The position numbers and the translations under genes are program-made. This document shows positions 8,652 to 16,899 of a DNA stretch of 64,000 nt, piece by piece. The notes below the pieces were generated by a model. The model ran no database searches and had not been told where the DNA came from. It saw only the letters and a list, made by a program, of their open reading frames with translations. Origin of the DNA: Candidatus Bilamarchaeum sp. (GTDB lineage Archaea > Micrarchaeota > Micrarchaeia > Anstonellales > Bilamarchaeaceae); NCBI GenBank assembly GCA_035455205.1, contig DATIFM010000015.1, positions 1,986 to 65,985 of the forward strand. The letters are read 5' to 3'. The number at the start of each line of letters is the position of its first letter. Within the stretch, counting starts at the first letter, position 1.

Positions 8652-9048
8652 TTGTTTCGCGTTTCTTCCTGTCCCTCAGCCAGAACCAGACTTCCGAGGC
8701 TATCAGGACGAAGAGGACGGCGACGTCGAACGACCCGGTGAGCCAGAGGACGACGCCGCTGGAGAGCATTATCAGGGCAAAGCGCGGGACGAAGAAGTCG
8801 AAAAGCCCTTTCTTCCGTAGCGATTCCCGAGAGGCGCCTCCGGCCCGGGTCAGCGCGAAAACCAGCGCCTTCGAAAGGAGGCCGAGAACCACGAAACCCC
8901 AGCCCATCGTGTACAGGGACAGGATGAAGACGTCCTGGAGCGTGGAATAGCCGAGGGGGAGCTGGAAAAAAAGGAAATAGAAAATCGAAAGGGCGACGCC
9001 GATTCCGGCAAAAACAAGGTAAAACCGCGCCCTGCGGTCCAGCTTCAC
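8641..9048 (-). CDS. Membrane protein (about 4 TM helices)
   Basis: The hydrophobic part of the 169-aa ORF. I propose a GTG start at 9046-9048, forming a GTGA overlap with the stop of 9045..9491. The upstream extension overlaps that gene. Confidence 0.55.
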   Translation of the reverse strand: MKLDRRARFYLVFAGIGVALSIFYFLFFQLPLGYSTLQDVFILSLYTMGWGFVVLGLLSKALVFALTRAGGASRESLRKKGLFDFFVPRFALIMLSSGVVLWLTGSFDVAVLFVLIASEVWFWLRDRKKRETTSP

Positions 9049-9491
9049 CTTGCCACCGCCATCATCCCGTCCATGAGAGGGCCGGAGCACGTATCCGCAC
9101 CTTCGCCATCTGTGAAGAAGTAGTATGTCCTGTCCGGCGCGACCGAACATGAAGCCGACTTCCCCTCGATGTTGCCGGAATAGTCGACTTCCGAAAGGTA
9201 TTCGTCCACGGCCGCCGGGTCCGCGCCCGAGTCAATCATCACTGAGCGGAAATCGCTCTCGGAGCGGCCGGTCAGGACTATCTTGCAGTTGCCTGCGGAA
9301 TCCTTGCCGGTTATCTCGGCGTCGACGGGAATGTCCAGGGTGTACTTCATCTTGACGTCCTGGCATCCGTCATTGGCGTATCCATCGAAGCAGGAAAGGT
9401 CGTTCTCGGGGCACGTGGCCGCCATGCCCGACACCCCGCAGCAGGCCAAAAACAGGACGCCCAGAAGGGGCGCAGCGATAAGGTTGCTCAT
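9045..9491 (-). CDS. Secreted Cys-rich protein (paralog of 1277..1780)
   Basis: The internal Met (MSNLIAAPLLGVLFLACCG...) is preceded by AGGAGG. It shares the CF..C...AEITG...C...C.GPLMD pattern with 1277..1780. Confidence 0.7.
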   Translation of the reverse strand: MSNLIAAPLLGVLFLACCGVSGMAATCPENDLSCFDGYANDGCQDVKMKYTLDIPVDAEITGKDSAGNCKIVLTGRSESDFRSVMIDSGADPAAVDEYLSEVDYSGNIEGKSASCSVAPDRTYYFFTDGEGADTCSGPLMDGMMAVAR

Positions 9492-9514
9492 GGGAATCCT
9501 CCTGAGCGGCGAAA

Positions 9515-10129
9515 TTAATATGATTTGCCTTCCAGCCTGACCGACTGGCGTATCCTGAAGCCCTCGTCCGTCCTCCCGCAAACCCCGTAAAGCCATGACG
9601 GGTCGAGCCGGTGAGTGCCCAGCTGGACCGTCAGGCGCGGGTCGAGGAATATTTCGGAGTTGAGAAGGCCCGCTTCCTTCATGGCCTGCAGGAAGGCGAG
9701 GGGCCGCATCAGGCAGATGCCGCTAATGAGGCGCTCGGACGGGCGGAGAAACCGGAGGGGCCCGGAGCCCCGCCCGATTCTCGCGTGCGCCCCGCCCACA
9801 ATCACCGGCCCGCCGGAGCGGTCCATGACCGAATCGAGAAACGGCGAGCTGCTGCAGTCCGAGAGCACGAATCCCGTGCCCGAGCCGTGGATGTCTATGG
9901 GGATTATCCCGCTTTCGCCCGCCCCCCGGTAGCCTGAAGGATGGGTGGAGAATACGGGGACGCCCGCCTCCTTCGAATAGCTGAGCATGCGGGCGAAGGC
10001 TTCCGCCGCATCACGGGGGTCTTCGGCCGCCCAGTTGTCCCTCATCAGGTGCGATGGCTGCTCTAGAAGTATGAAGCGGGGCTTTTCCGGGTACATTTTC
10101 CGGGCCGTGCCCTGCCTGAAGGCGTGCAT
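9515..10129 (-). CDS. Hypothetical protein
   Basis: 204-aa ORF with coding-like third-position bias. No motif I can assign. Confidence 0.5.
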   Translation of the reverse strand: MHAFRQGTARKMYPEKPRFILLEQPSHLMRDNWAAEDPRDAAEAFARMLSYSKEAGVPVFSTHPSGYRGAGESGIIPIDIHGSGTGFVLSDCSSSPFLDSVMDRSGGPVIVGGAHARIGRGSGPLRFLRPSERLISGICLMRPLAFLQAMKEAGLLNSEIFLDPRLTVQLGTHRLDPSWLYGVCGRTDEGFRIRQSVRLEGKSY

Positions 10130-10185
10130 CCAGTGGATATCCCGTCACACGATTTTAAACCAGGAGGTTAAAAAAATAAAAAAAT

Positions 10186-10899
10186 TCAGTCGGCCGGGTT
10201 CACGACATACCACTTGCCGCCGACGCCCTGGCCCTTCATGTCGCCCGGTGCGTTGTCCCCGGAGTAGTAGTAGAGGGGCATGCCGTTGTATGTGACCTGC
10301 GTGGTGTTGTCCGCGCGAAGTATGGCGCCCATCTTCCCCTTCATCCCGGTGGGTATCACTATCGTGTCGCTCACAAGGAGCGGAGGCCAGTTGTTCTGGC
10401 AGGTGCCTGAGCAGGCGCTCTTGTTCACCGAGTCCGCGGTGAACTTGTAGAGCGTGAAGCCGTTTCCGTCCACGAGTATTTCCCCGAGGCTCGTGTTCAT
10501 CGGCTTCACCGTGTATGCCGGGGCCTTGCATTCGGTTTCCCAGTTCCTGACGCACTGCTTCAGGATGTCGCACCAGGTGTATCCTGCCGAGGGCTTGCAG
10601 CCGTGCTCGTCCGTGTCGTTCCCGACCATCGGCGGGCATGGCGCGAATTCGCAGTTAGGGCCGGTCCTCCCGACAGTGCTTCCGTCAGGGCAGACCTTCG
10701 CTTCCTGCGTGCACGCCTTGGAGCAGTTCTCCTGCGGCATTATGCACTTGTTCTTGTCCGGGCACCACTGCGTTCCTGCGGTGCATCCATGTGCGTCAAC
10801 GTTGGACGTGTTGTTCTGCGTCGCATTGGCCGGGGGCGCCTGCGCGCAGCCCAGCATGACGACCAGTAAAATCGATAAGACAGCCAGAATCGGTTTCAA
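10186..10899 (-). CDS. Lipoprotein with Cys-rich N-terminal region and C-terminal COG4315/'secreted repeat' (Lipoprotein_15-like) domain
   Basis: Lipobox MLGCA. The C-terminus reads LYKFTADS...C.GTCQNNWPPLL...QVTYNGMPLYYYSGDNAPGDMKGQGVGGKWYVV. Confidence 0.85.
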   Translation of the reverse strand: MKPILAVLSILLVVMLGCAQAPPANATQNNTSNVDAHGCTAGTQWCPDKNKCIMPQENCSKACTQEAKVCPDGSTVGRTGPNCEFAPCPPMVGNDTDEHGCKPSAGYTWCDILKQCVRNWETECKAPAYTVKPMNTSLGEILVDGNGFTLYKFTADSVNKSACSGTCQNNWPPLLVSDTIVIPTGMKGKMGAILRADNTTQVTYNGMPLYYYSGDNAPGDMKGQGVGGKWYVVNPAD

Positions 10900-10950
10900 A
10901 CTATCACCGCCCGGAAATCTGCGGCTAGGTTTTTATTCCAGCGTTTCCAG

Positions 10951-11220
10951 CTAGCCTTTTTTGGTTTTCAGGTACTCCTTCCTGCTTACTTCGACGGGCA
11001 TTCCGGAATACCCGCACTTGGGGCAGGTAATCTTGCTCAGAATCGAGGATGAGAAGTCCGAAAGCCCCTCGGAGGTGAAATCCGCCTCGTCCACCGGGCG
11101 GCTGCACTTGGGGCATATGATGATATCGTCCTCGGATTCCTGGGCCCCCTCGTCGAGCTGCTTTTTCCGCTTTGCGGCGGCCTTGTCTTCCATGTCGTCA
11201 ACGGCATCGTCAGCGTCCAT
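10951..11220 (-). CDS. Zinc-ribbon protein with acidic N-terminus (paralog of 17887..18075)
   Basis: CPKCSRPVDEADF...SILSKITCPKCGYSGMPVEVSRKEY is closely parallel to CPRCKRPVEAKDF...SILQRINCRCGYNGLPISLSMEDY. Confidence 0.7.
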   Translation of the reverse strand: MDADDAVDDMEDKAAAKRKKQLDEGAQESEDDIIICPKCSRPVDEADFTSEGLSDFSSSILSKITCPKCGYSGMPVEVSRKEYLKTKKG

Positions 11221-11268
11221 GACCTACATCAGCACCGCTTCTTTTTTAGTATTTCCCCTGCAGCCGGA

Positions 11269-11631
11269 TCAGCACTTTGCGCCCAGGCCGCTTTTTTCTG
11301 CGAACGCCTCGATTTCATTCGCGCATGCCGGGCCGCATTTTTCTCCGAGGGTCTGCCTCCAGTGCGAATCCGAGGAGATGAGCCTCGAGAGGTCCGCGGC
11401 GCTTTTTATCCCGATGCCTGAAAGAAGCTTTACCGCCCTGACGCTTAGGGGGTCGAGCGATTCCGGGCGCTCGAGGAATTTTTCGGCGTCCTTCATGAGC
11501 CAGTATATCTCGCGCGCGTATCCGGCCTTCAGGCCGACCTTCTCCGCGACCTGCCTGAACCTGAGGCCGCCTTCGCGGAGGCGGACAATCTCCCGGTTCC
11601 TCTCAGGGTCTCCGGGGCAGAAAACCTTCAT
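11269..11631 (-). CDS. Putative DNA-binding protein (N-terminal HTH, helix-hairpin-helix-like middle)
   Basis: The last 120 aa of the 219-aa ORF read MKVFCPGDPERNREIVRLREGGLRFRQVAEKVGL...LSVRAVKLLSGIGIKSAADL. ATGA overlap with 11628..11873. Confidence 0.55.
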   Translation of the reverse strand: MKVFCPGDPERNREIVRLREGGLRFRQVAEKVGLKAGYAREIYWLMKDAEKFLERPESLDPLSVRAVKLLSGIGIKSAADLSRLISSDSHWRQTLGEKCGPACANEIEAFAEKSGLGAKC

Positions 11632-11873
11632 TCCTCGATGACCTTCCTCTGCCGGATGGTGCGCCTGATGACCTTCCCTTTCGATGCCTTGGAAGGCGCG
11701 GCCTTGACTTTGGGAAGCTCCTCCGGCTCCGGAACTATGCCGAACCCGATGAGCATAAGCCCGATGAGGAACGCCACGAACTCGAGCGGGCTCACGAAAT
11801 AGAATATCCCACCCCACACCAGCGCGAATCCGAAGAGAATGGATTTCGTCCTTTCCTTGTCCATGCTGTTCAT
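11628..11873 (-). CDS. Small membrane protein with basic C-terminal tail
   Basis: 81 aa. Two TM helices (ILFGFALVWGGIFYFV and FVAFLIGLMLIGFGIV) are followed by a Lys/Arg-rich tail. Confidence 0.6.
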   Translation of the reverse strand: MNSMDKERTKSILFGFALVWGGIFYFVSPLEFVAFLIGLMLIGFGIVPEPEELPKVKAAPSKASKGKVIRRTIRQRKVIEE

Positions 11874-11958
11874 ACTTACAATTCGGAAAGTTCATTTTAA
11901 TTACTTTAGTTTGCGAAATCAACATCATATTTAATAACTTTTTATCACATAACTGTGC

Positions 11959-12600
11959 ATGCGGTGCACCAAAATGCTCCCTGAGCGGGCGGTACGGGAC
12001 GTGCCGTACGAGGAAAAGTCACTCGTCGGCTTCCTTGCAAAGGAACTCTCCGGCTACTGGCAGGGCTCGAGGCCGTCCGGGGCACAGCTCGCGAACCATG
12101 CGGTGAAGGCGGGCACATTCCTGACCCTCAACGCAAGGGCGCCTCTGCTCGAGGACGCGCTCAGGGGCTCCCGCCTCTCGGACCTCGGGGCCGGCCTTTC
12201 CGTCGGGATGGAGGCGTTCTCTCTGTTCTATGGGGTGAGGGAATATGTCGCGGTTGACCTGTACGAGCGTTATCCTTCATCCGGGACTGACGGCCGGGTA
12301 CGCTACGTGAATTCCGACCTTCTCCTCTACCTGGCGGCACAGCCTGATTCATCGACAAACGTGTGCATGAATGCCATGGACATCCTCAACCACGGGGACA
12401 GAGTTGTGCTCGAGTCCTACCTTGCCATGGTTTTGAGGCAGATTTCCCGAGCCGTCCCTCCGGGCGGAATCGCCTTCGGGATGCAGACTCCGATGCTTCA
12501 CGGGCTTGCGGATTTCGGCTTCGAGCGCATCGAGGATCTGGGCGACAGGAGAGTGGGGATTCTCGGCGCGGTATACCGCAAGGCTTGGGATGCGCCATGA
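11959..12600 (+). CDS. Class I SAM-methyltransferase-like protein, tandem paralog 1
   Basis: LSDLGAGLSVG (motif I-like), EYVAVDL (motif II-like), NVCMNAMD and VPPGGIAFG. Confidence 0.65.
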   Translation: MRCTKMLPERAVRDVPYEEKSLVGFLAKELSGYWQGSRPSGAQLANHAVKAGTFLTLNARAPLLEDALRGSRLSDLGAGLSVGMEAFSLFYGVREYVAVDLYERYPSSGTDGRVRYVNSDLLLYLAAQPDSSTNVCMNAMDILNHGDRVVLESYLAMVLRQISRAVPPGGIAFGMQTPMLHGLADFGFERIEDLGDRRVGILGAVYRKAWDAP

Positions 12601-13259
12601 TTAAGGCAAAATGCACGCGGCCGGAGCCGACCCGGAAGGCATTCCCGAAAGACCTCTCGCCGCTGGAGGAGATGAACATAGACTTCCTTGCAGATGAGAT
12701 GGCATCGGCCTGGAAATGCCACAAGCCGCCCTCCACCCCCCTCGCGAGCAATCCCCTGCACGGAAGCGGTCTGCTCGACATAATCCGGGATTCATGCACG
12801 GTGAGGGGGGCACTCGGGGGAAGGATGCTCATCGACCTCGGGGCGGGCCACCCGTGGATGATGGCCGTGTTCGCGCGCTCCCACGGCGTCCGCGAATACG
12901 TCGCGGTGGACAGCCATTTCGGGTATTCCGGCCTCATCGAAATCCCCGGAGTGAGCCTCATAAATTCCGACATGCTCAGGTTCATGGCGTACATGCCGGA
13001 TTCGAGCGCGAACGTTTGCATGAACGCCATCGACGGTGCGGTCCTCCGCCATCCGGAGACTGTCATCGCCAAGATGTACACCCTGCGGCTCATGCAGGAG
13101 ATTGCCCGCGTGGTCCCAGAAGGGGGCATGGCATTCGGCTTCTCGTCCCCATGCCTGAACGGCCTCGGTGCCCATGGATTGACGCGCGTATCCTCGCTCG
13201 GCGGGTTCCGGCTCGGCGACTACTGCGCGGTTTATCTCAAGGAGGGCGGTGGGATATGA
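12597..13259 (+). CDS. Class I SAM-methyltransferase-like protein, tandem paralog 2
   Basis: The internal Met (MIKAKCTRPE...) forms an ATGA overlap with paralog 1. Motifs are LIDLGAGHPW, EYVAVDS, NVCMNAID and VPEGGMAFG. Confidence 0.65.
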   Translation: MIKAKCTRPEPTRKAFPKDLSPLEEMNIDFLADEMASAWKCHKPPSTPLASNPLHGSGLLDIIRDSCTVRGALGGRMLIDLGAGHPWMMAVFARSHGVREYVAVDSHFGYSGLIEIPGVSLINSDMLRFMAYMPDSSANVCMNAIDGAVLRHPETVIAKMYTLRLMQEIARVVPEGGMAFGFSSPCLNGLGAHGLTRVSSLGGFRLGDYCAVYLKEGGGI

Positions 13260-13870
13260 AACCGGTCTCCCGCGAGGACCGGAACAACCTCGACATGCTC
13301 GCACGCAGGATGCGCGAAACGTGGGATTCGTGCGGACACCCTGACGGACCCGTGGCCGGCAACGCAGTCAGGGGGCGCGGCTTCCTGAGCCTCGGCAGGA
13401 AATCAGTCATGATTTCGCGGGCGCTAGAAGGGCGCCGCCTCACCGACCTCGGTGCGGCCGAGCCATCGGGCATGCTCGAGTTCGCCCGGGCATACGGGGC
13501 CTCGGAGTATGTCGGCGTGGACAGCTTTTTCGACTATTCGGGCCGCTCCCTTCCCGGGAGGGCAAAACTCGTCAACGACGACCTCCTCAGGTACCTCTTT
13601 TCGCAGGACGACGGGAGCAGCAACATCGTGATGAACGCGATAGACGGCGTCGTGCTGATGAACCCCGACCGCGTCATAGAGGAGACATATTCCCAGCTTC
13701 TCCTCATGCAGATTGCCCGCGTCATCCCCCCGGGAGGAATCGCCTTCGGGCTCCTTTCGCCGGTCCTCAGGGGCCTCGGGGCCTACGGATTCGTAAAGGT
13801 GGGGAGGACTGACGCCGGCCCGCTTGAGGACATGGAAGAGCTCCACCGCAAGCCCCTGCGGCAGATTTAA
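13256..13870 (+). CDS. Class I SAM-methyltransferase-like protein, tandem paralog 3
   Basis: MKPVSREDRNN... starts in an ATGA overlap with paralog 2. Motifs are LTDLGAAEPSG, EYVGVDS, NIVMNAID and IPPGGIAFG. Confidence 0.65.
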   Translation: MKPVSREDRNNLDMLARRMRETWDSCGHPDGPVAGNAVRGRGFLSLGRKSVMISRALEGRRLTDLGAAEPSGMLEFARAYGASEYVGVDSFFDYSGRSLPGRAKLVNDDLLRYLFSQDDGSSNIVMNAIDGVVLMNPDRVIEETYSQLLLMQIARVIPPGGIAFGLLSPVLRGLGAYGFVKVGRTDAGPLEDMEELHRKPLRQI

Positions 13871-13892
13871 ACCTTTCAGGCGATTCATTGCC

Positions 13893-14771
13893 ATGGAAGA
13901 GGCACAATTCCGCGACTGGCTGTCCAGCTATACCGACGCCGAGCGGTGCCTCGCCGCATTTTCTTCGCAGAAGGATTTTTTCCGCGTGAACACCATCAAG
14001 ATTCCGGTGGGAGATTTCGAGGCCCTGACGAAGCTCAGGTGCTCCAGGTCGAAATATTACGGGGCGGCCTTCGAGCTGGCCGAGCGGAAAAATTTCCAGA
14101 TAGGTAAGAGCTGGGAGTATTTCCTCGGCCTGATATACCCCCAGAGCCTCTCGTCCATACTTGTTTCCCTCGTGGTCGGGCCCAAGCCGGGCGAAACCGT
14201 GCTGGACGTTTCGGCAGCGCCGGGCTCGAAGTTCTCGCACATGGCCATGCTCATGGAGAACCGGGGAGTGCTTGTCGGCAACGACCTGAAGGAGGAGAAG
14301 CTCTCGGCGATTTATGCGACGATAAACCGCATGAACATACTGAACTGCATAGTGACGATGCGCGACGGCTCGAAGCTCGACTGGAGGAGGAGGTTCGACA
14401 AGGTCCTCCTGGACGCGCCCTGCACCGCGCTTGGGAGCGGCGCCGAGGCGTGGCGGCGCTGGCTTCCGGAGAACTCGAAGCGCATCGGCTCCCTCCAGCG
14501 GAGGATGCTTTTCAGCGCGTTCGACGCCCTGAAGCCCGGCGGGGAGCTCGTGTATTCCACGTGCACTTATGCGAAGGAGGAGAACGAGGAAGTCGTGAAG
14601 AACCTTCTGGAAAACGTCGTCGGGGCGAGGCTGGAGCAGATTGCCCTCGACGTGCCTCACGAGCCGGGGCTTTCCGAGTACGGCGACGAGTTCAAAAAAT
14701 GCTACCGGATATACCCCCAGCACATAGAGAGCGAGGGGTTCTTCATAGCCAAGATACGGAAGGCGGGATGA
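13893..14771 (+). CDS. NOL1/NOP2/Sun (RsmB/Trm4-like) RNA cytosine-C5 methyltransferase
   Basis: VLDVSAAPGSKFSHMA, KVLLDAPCTALG and VYSTCTYAKEENEEVV, which contain the two catalytic Cys motifs. The start is set at MEEAQFRDW, after the end of paralog 3. Confidence 0.9.
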   Translation: MEEAQFRDWLSSYTDAERCLAAFSSQKDFFRVNTIKIPVGDFEALTKLRCSRSKYYGAAFELAERKNFQIGKSWEYFLGLIYPQSLSSILVSLVVGPKPGETVLDVSAAPGSKFSHMAMLMENRGVLVGNDLKEEKLSAIYATINRMNILNCIVTMRDGSKLDWRRRFDKVLLDAPCTALGSGAEAWRRWLPENSKRIGSLQRRMLFSAFDALKPGGELVYSTCTYAKEENEEVVKNLLENVVGARLEQIALDVPHEPGLSEYGDEFKKCYRIYPQHIESEGFFIAKIRKAG

Positions 14772-15206
14772 ATGGGATTCATAGCGCACAGGGAAAAGAA
14801 CTTCGTGAAATACCTCGAGAACCACTTCGGGATAGTCCTCCCGGAAGGGGTGTCCATATTCTATGCAAAGGGGATACGCATCGGCGCGAGCAGCCTGATG
14901 AAGAGCGACATCCACGGCGAGCTGGGCTATGCGGCGTGCGACGAGGGGTTCCACCCCACGAATGCGATGGCACAGAATTTCGGCCACCTCGCCACTAAGA
15001 ACGTCCTCGAAGTGGACGAGCCGAAGGCGAAGGAGTTCGCGGTGGGCCGGGGCCTCGGCGGAATCTCGCTCGGCGAAAAGGAAAAGTTCGTCATCGTCCG
15101 GTACAAGGGCATCCCGGTCGGCCTCGGGTTGTACTCGCCCGGGGAAAAGAAAGTCAAGAATTTAGTCCCGGAAAAAAGGAGAAGGAAGATAATCAATAGC
15201 CTGTGA
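14772..15206 (+). CDS. PUA-like RNA-binding protein (NIP7/methyltransferase C-terminal domain-like)
   Basis: 144 aa, abutting the m5C methyltransferase stop. FVIVRYKGIPVGLGLYSPGEKKVKNLVP resembles the PUA C-terminal strand pattern. Confidence 0.6.
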   Translation: MGFIAHREKNFVKYLENHFGIVLPEGVSIFYAKGIRIGASSLMKSDIHGELGYAACDEGFHPTNAMAQNFGHLATKNVLEVDEPKAKEFAVGRGLGGISLGEKEKFVIVRYKGIPVGLGLYSPGEKKVKNLVPEKRRRKIINSL

Positions 15207-15537
15207 TGTCGACTTTCAGCCGCCTCCTCAAATATTCGAGGCTGGCCTTGTCCATCGTGAGGTTCTCCAGTATCGCGATTTTCACTATCTCGGCAAACTC
15301 CTCCTTTCCGAACAGGAATATGCGCGCGTTGGACGTGTTCTCGGCATAATCGAGGAACCAGTTCTTTTGCCTTATCTTGCCCCTCTCGATGAGCCACGAG
15401 CAGACTTCCGCAATCACGAACTCGCTCAATATTACCTTGTCGCGGTCGAAGAGCCGTATCTCGCCGCGCGCCTTCGCGTGGAGCGGATGGGACGGGTCGA
15501 AAAACGCCTTCCAGAATGAAACTGTCGTTGCTATCAT
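15193..15537 (-). CDS. PIN-domain (VapC-like) protein, first acidic residue apparently replaced
   Basis: 114 aa. MIATTVSFWKAFFDPSHPLHAKA is the PIN N-terminal pattern (usually xxDTSxxxx..D..H..A), with A in place of the first Asp. It lies 1 nt downstream of a small antitoxin-like ORF. Confidence 0.6.
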   Translation of the reverse strand: MIATTVSFWKAFFDPSHPLHAKARGEIRLFDRDKVILSEFVIAEVCSWLIERGKIRQKNWFLDYAENTSNARIFLFGKEEFAEIVKIAILENLTMDKASLEYLRRRLKVDITGY

Positions 15538-15538
15538 G

Positions 15539-15736
15539 TCACCACTCCGGAAGCGCCCGCATCGCGTCCTGCAGGGTCAGGTATTTTTTCGGGCTAGACT
15601 TGTTCTGCTCATAGTACTCGATGCCAAAGTCCACGAGCTGGGTGAGCGCCTCGCCCACGGTTATCCCGTGGTCGCTCGCATATTTTGCAAGGGTTTCCTT
15701 TGTTTTTTCCCCTACGTTTCTGATGGTATATGCCAT
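15539..15736 (-). CDS. Antitoxin-like small DNA-binding protein (VapB-like)
   Basis: The last 65 aa of the 214-aa ORF read MAYTIRNVGEKTKETLAKYASDHGITVGEALTQLVDFGIEYYEQNK, which has a ribbon-helix-helix-like layout. The upstream extension is Arg/Gly-rich. Confidence 0.55.
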   Translation of the reverse strand: MAYTIRNVGEKTKETLAKYASDHGITVGEALTQLVDFGIEYYEQNKSSPKKYLTLQDAMRALPEW

Positions 15737-15822
15737 TTTACCGTGTATGCGTATTACATGTATTACATTTAAGCCTATCGCAAAAAAAGCCGCGAAAGGG
15801 CCACCAGGATGCAGGTTGTGAT

Positions 15823-16551
15823 TCAGAGGTGGCCGGTGAGCCACGCGCTCGTCGCATCCACCATCTCGCGGAAATGCGCCTCGGGGGCAAAGAAATGGTC
15901 CGCGCCCCTGACAACGACGAGCTTCTTTTCGCACTTGAGCGCGGCAATCAGCGACTCTGCCTGCGAAATCGGCACCGTGGCGTCCCTGTCGCCGTGGATG
16001 ACCACGGTCGGCGCTTCCACCATAGCGGCGACGGCATGCATGTCGTATTTCGCCTCGTCCTCGTAGGCCTCGAACTTCCAGTCGATGCCGAAAGGCCGGA
16101 TGGCGCCCTGCCTTTTCCAGAGGGCTATCCCCTCGGGCCCGAGGCGCATGTCCCAGAGCCCCCGGCCGTCGAAAACCGGGCACCTCAGGGCGAGAGCGGA
16201 AAACGGCCTTTTCGTGGCGCTGATGAGGGCGACCTGCCCGCTGAAGCTTGAGGCGGCGAATGCGATTTTCGTGTAGCCCATCGATTTAACGTGGTCGTAG
16301 ACCACGAGCGCATTTTCGACGACTTTGGAGACAGTCAGCCGCGAGATGTCGCCTTCGCTTTTGCCGTGGCCGTACATGTCGAAGGCGAAGGTGGAGATTT
16401 TCCGCGCATTCAGGATGGGGGCGAGCGCAGTGTTTGTCCGGCTCTCCTTTGCCGAGTGGTAGCCGTGGGTGAGTATCGCGGCGGAGCTTCCGCCGGCTTC
16501 GCGCGAATCGATGCAGACCTTGCCGGCCGGGGAATCGATGAACTCTTCCAT
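15823..16551 (-). CDS. Alpha/beta hydrolase (dienelactone hydrolase/esterase-like)
   Basis: 242 aa. The nucleophile elbow is AFAASSFSG, with late VVIHGDRDATVP and GADHFF (Asp/His of the triad). Confidence 0.8.
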   Translation of the reverse strand: MEEFIDSPAGKVCIDSREAGGSSAAILTHGYHSAKESRTNTALAPILNARKISTFAFDMYGHGKSEGDISRLTVSKVVENALVVYDHVKSMGYTKIAFAASSFSGQVALISATKRPFSALALRCPVFDGRGLWDMRLGPEGIALWKRQGAIRPFGIDWKFEAYEDEAKYDMHAVAAMVEAPTVVIHGDRDATVPISQAESLIAALKCEKKLVVVRGADHFFAPEAHFREMVDATSAWLTGHL

Positions 16552-16614
16552 CGCAGGGAAAGGCGGCGCAAAGTTTATTTAACGGAGCGGCATAACCTTG
16601 AGTGAGGTGAAGAG

Positions 16615-16779
16615 ATGGCGGTTTTGGAATGCTCCGAGGGGTGCGGCTCGAAGGTCGAGTCGAACAGGTGCTGCGGCGAGGCCATGGGCCTGAAAAACGA
16701 ATCCCTTTCGTGCGCGCGGTGCGGCAAGTCGGTTTCGGTCAACCGGTGCTGCGGCAAGCCCATGAAGGAAAAAAAGTAA
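16615..16779 (+). CDS. Small Cys-rich protein with an internal duplication (CxxCG-K-V-x-x-NRCCGxxM, twice)
   Basis: My own translation (below the ORF-track length cutoff) is MAVLECSEGCGSKVESNRCCGEAMGLKNESLSCARCGKSVSVNRCCGKPMKEKK*. GAGGTGA lies before the ATG. The two listed minus-strand ORFs here look spurious. Confidence 0.45.
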   Translation: MAVLECSEGCGSKVESNRCCGEAMGLKNESLSCARCGKSVSVNRCCGKPMKEKK

Positions 16780-16899
16780 AGGCACTATTGCCGAAGTAAA
16801 GTCGTTGTTTTTTGATTAATGTGCTGATTTAAATTCTTTTTCTTCATTATTCCTTTCAGGTGATTGGATCCGACTTTCAGAGAGGGCGAGGCCGCTTCC

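Noticed and set aside
9515-10129. The 204-aa protein as an isochorismatase-like or cysteine hydrolase.
   Set aside because: I could not locate the Asp-Lys-Cys triad in a convincing context, so I left it hypothetical.
13767-14987. A 406-aa minus-strand ORF.
   Set aside because: It lies antisense to the well-supported NOL1/NOP2/Sun gene and has an Arg/Leu/Pro/His-rich composition. This is a typical GC-rich antisense artefact.
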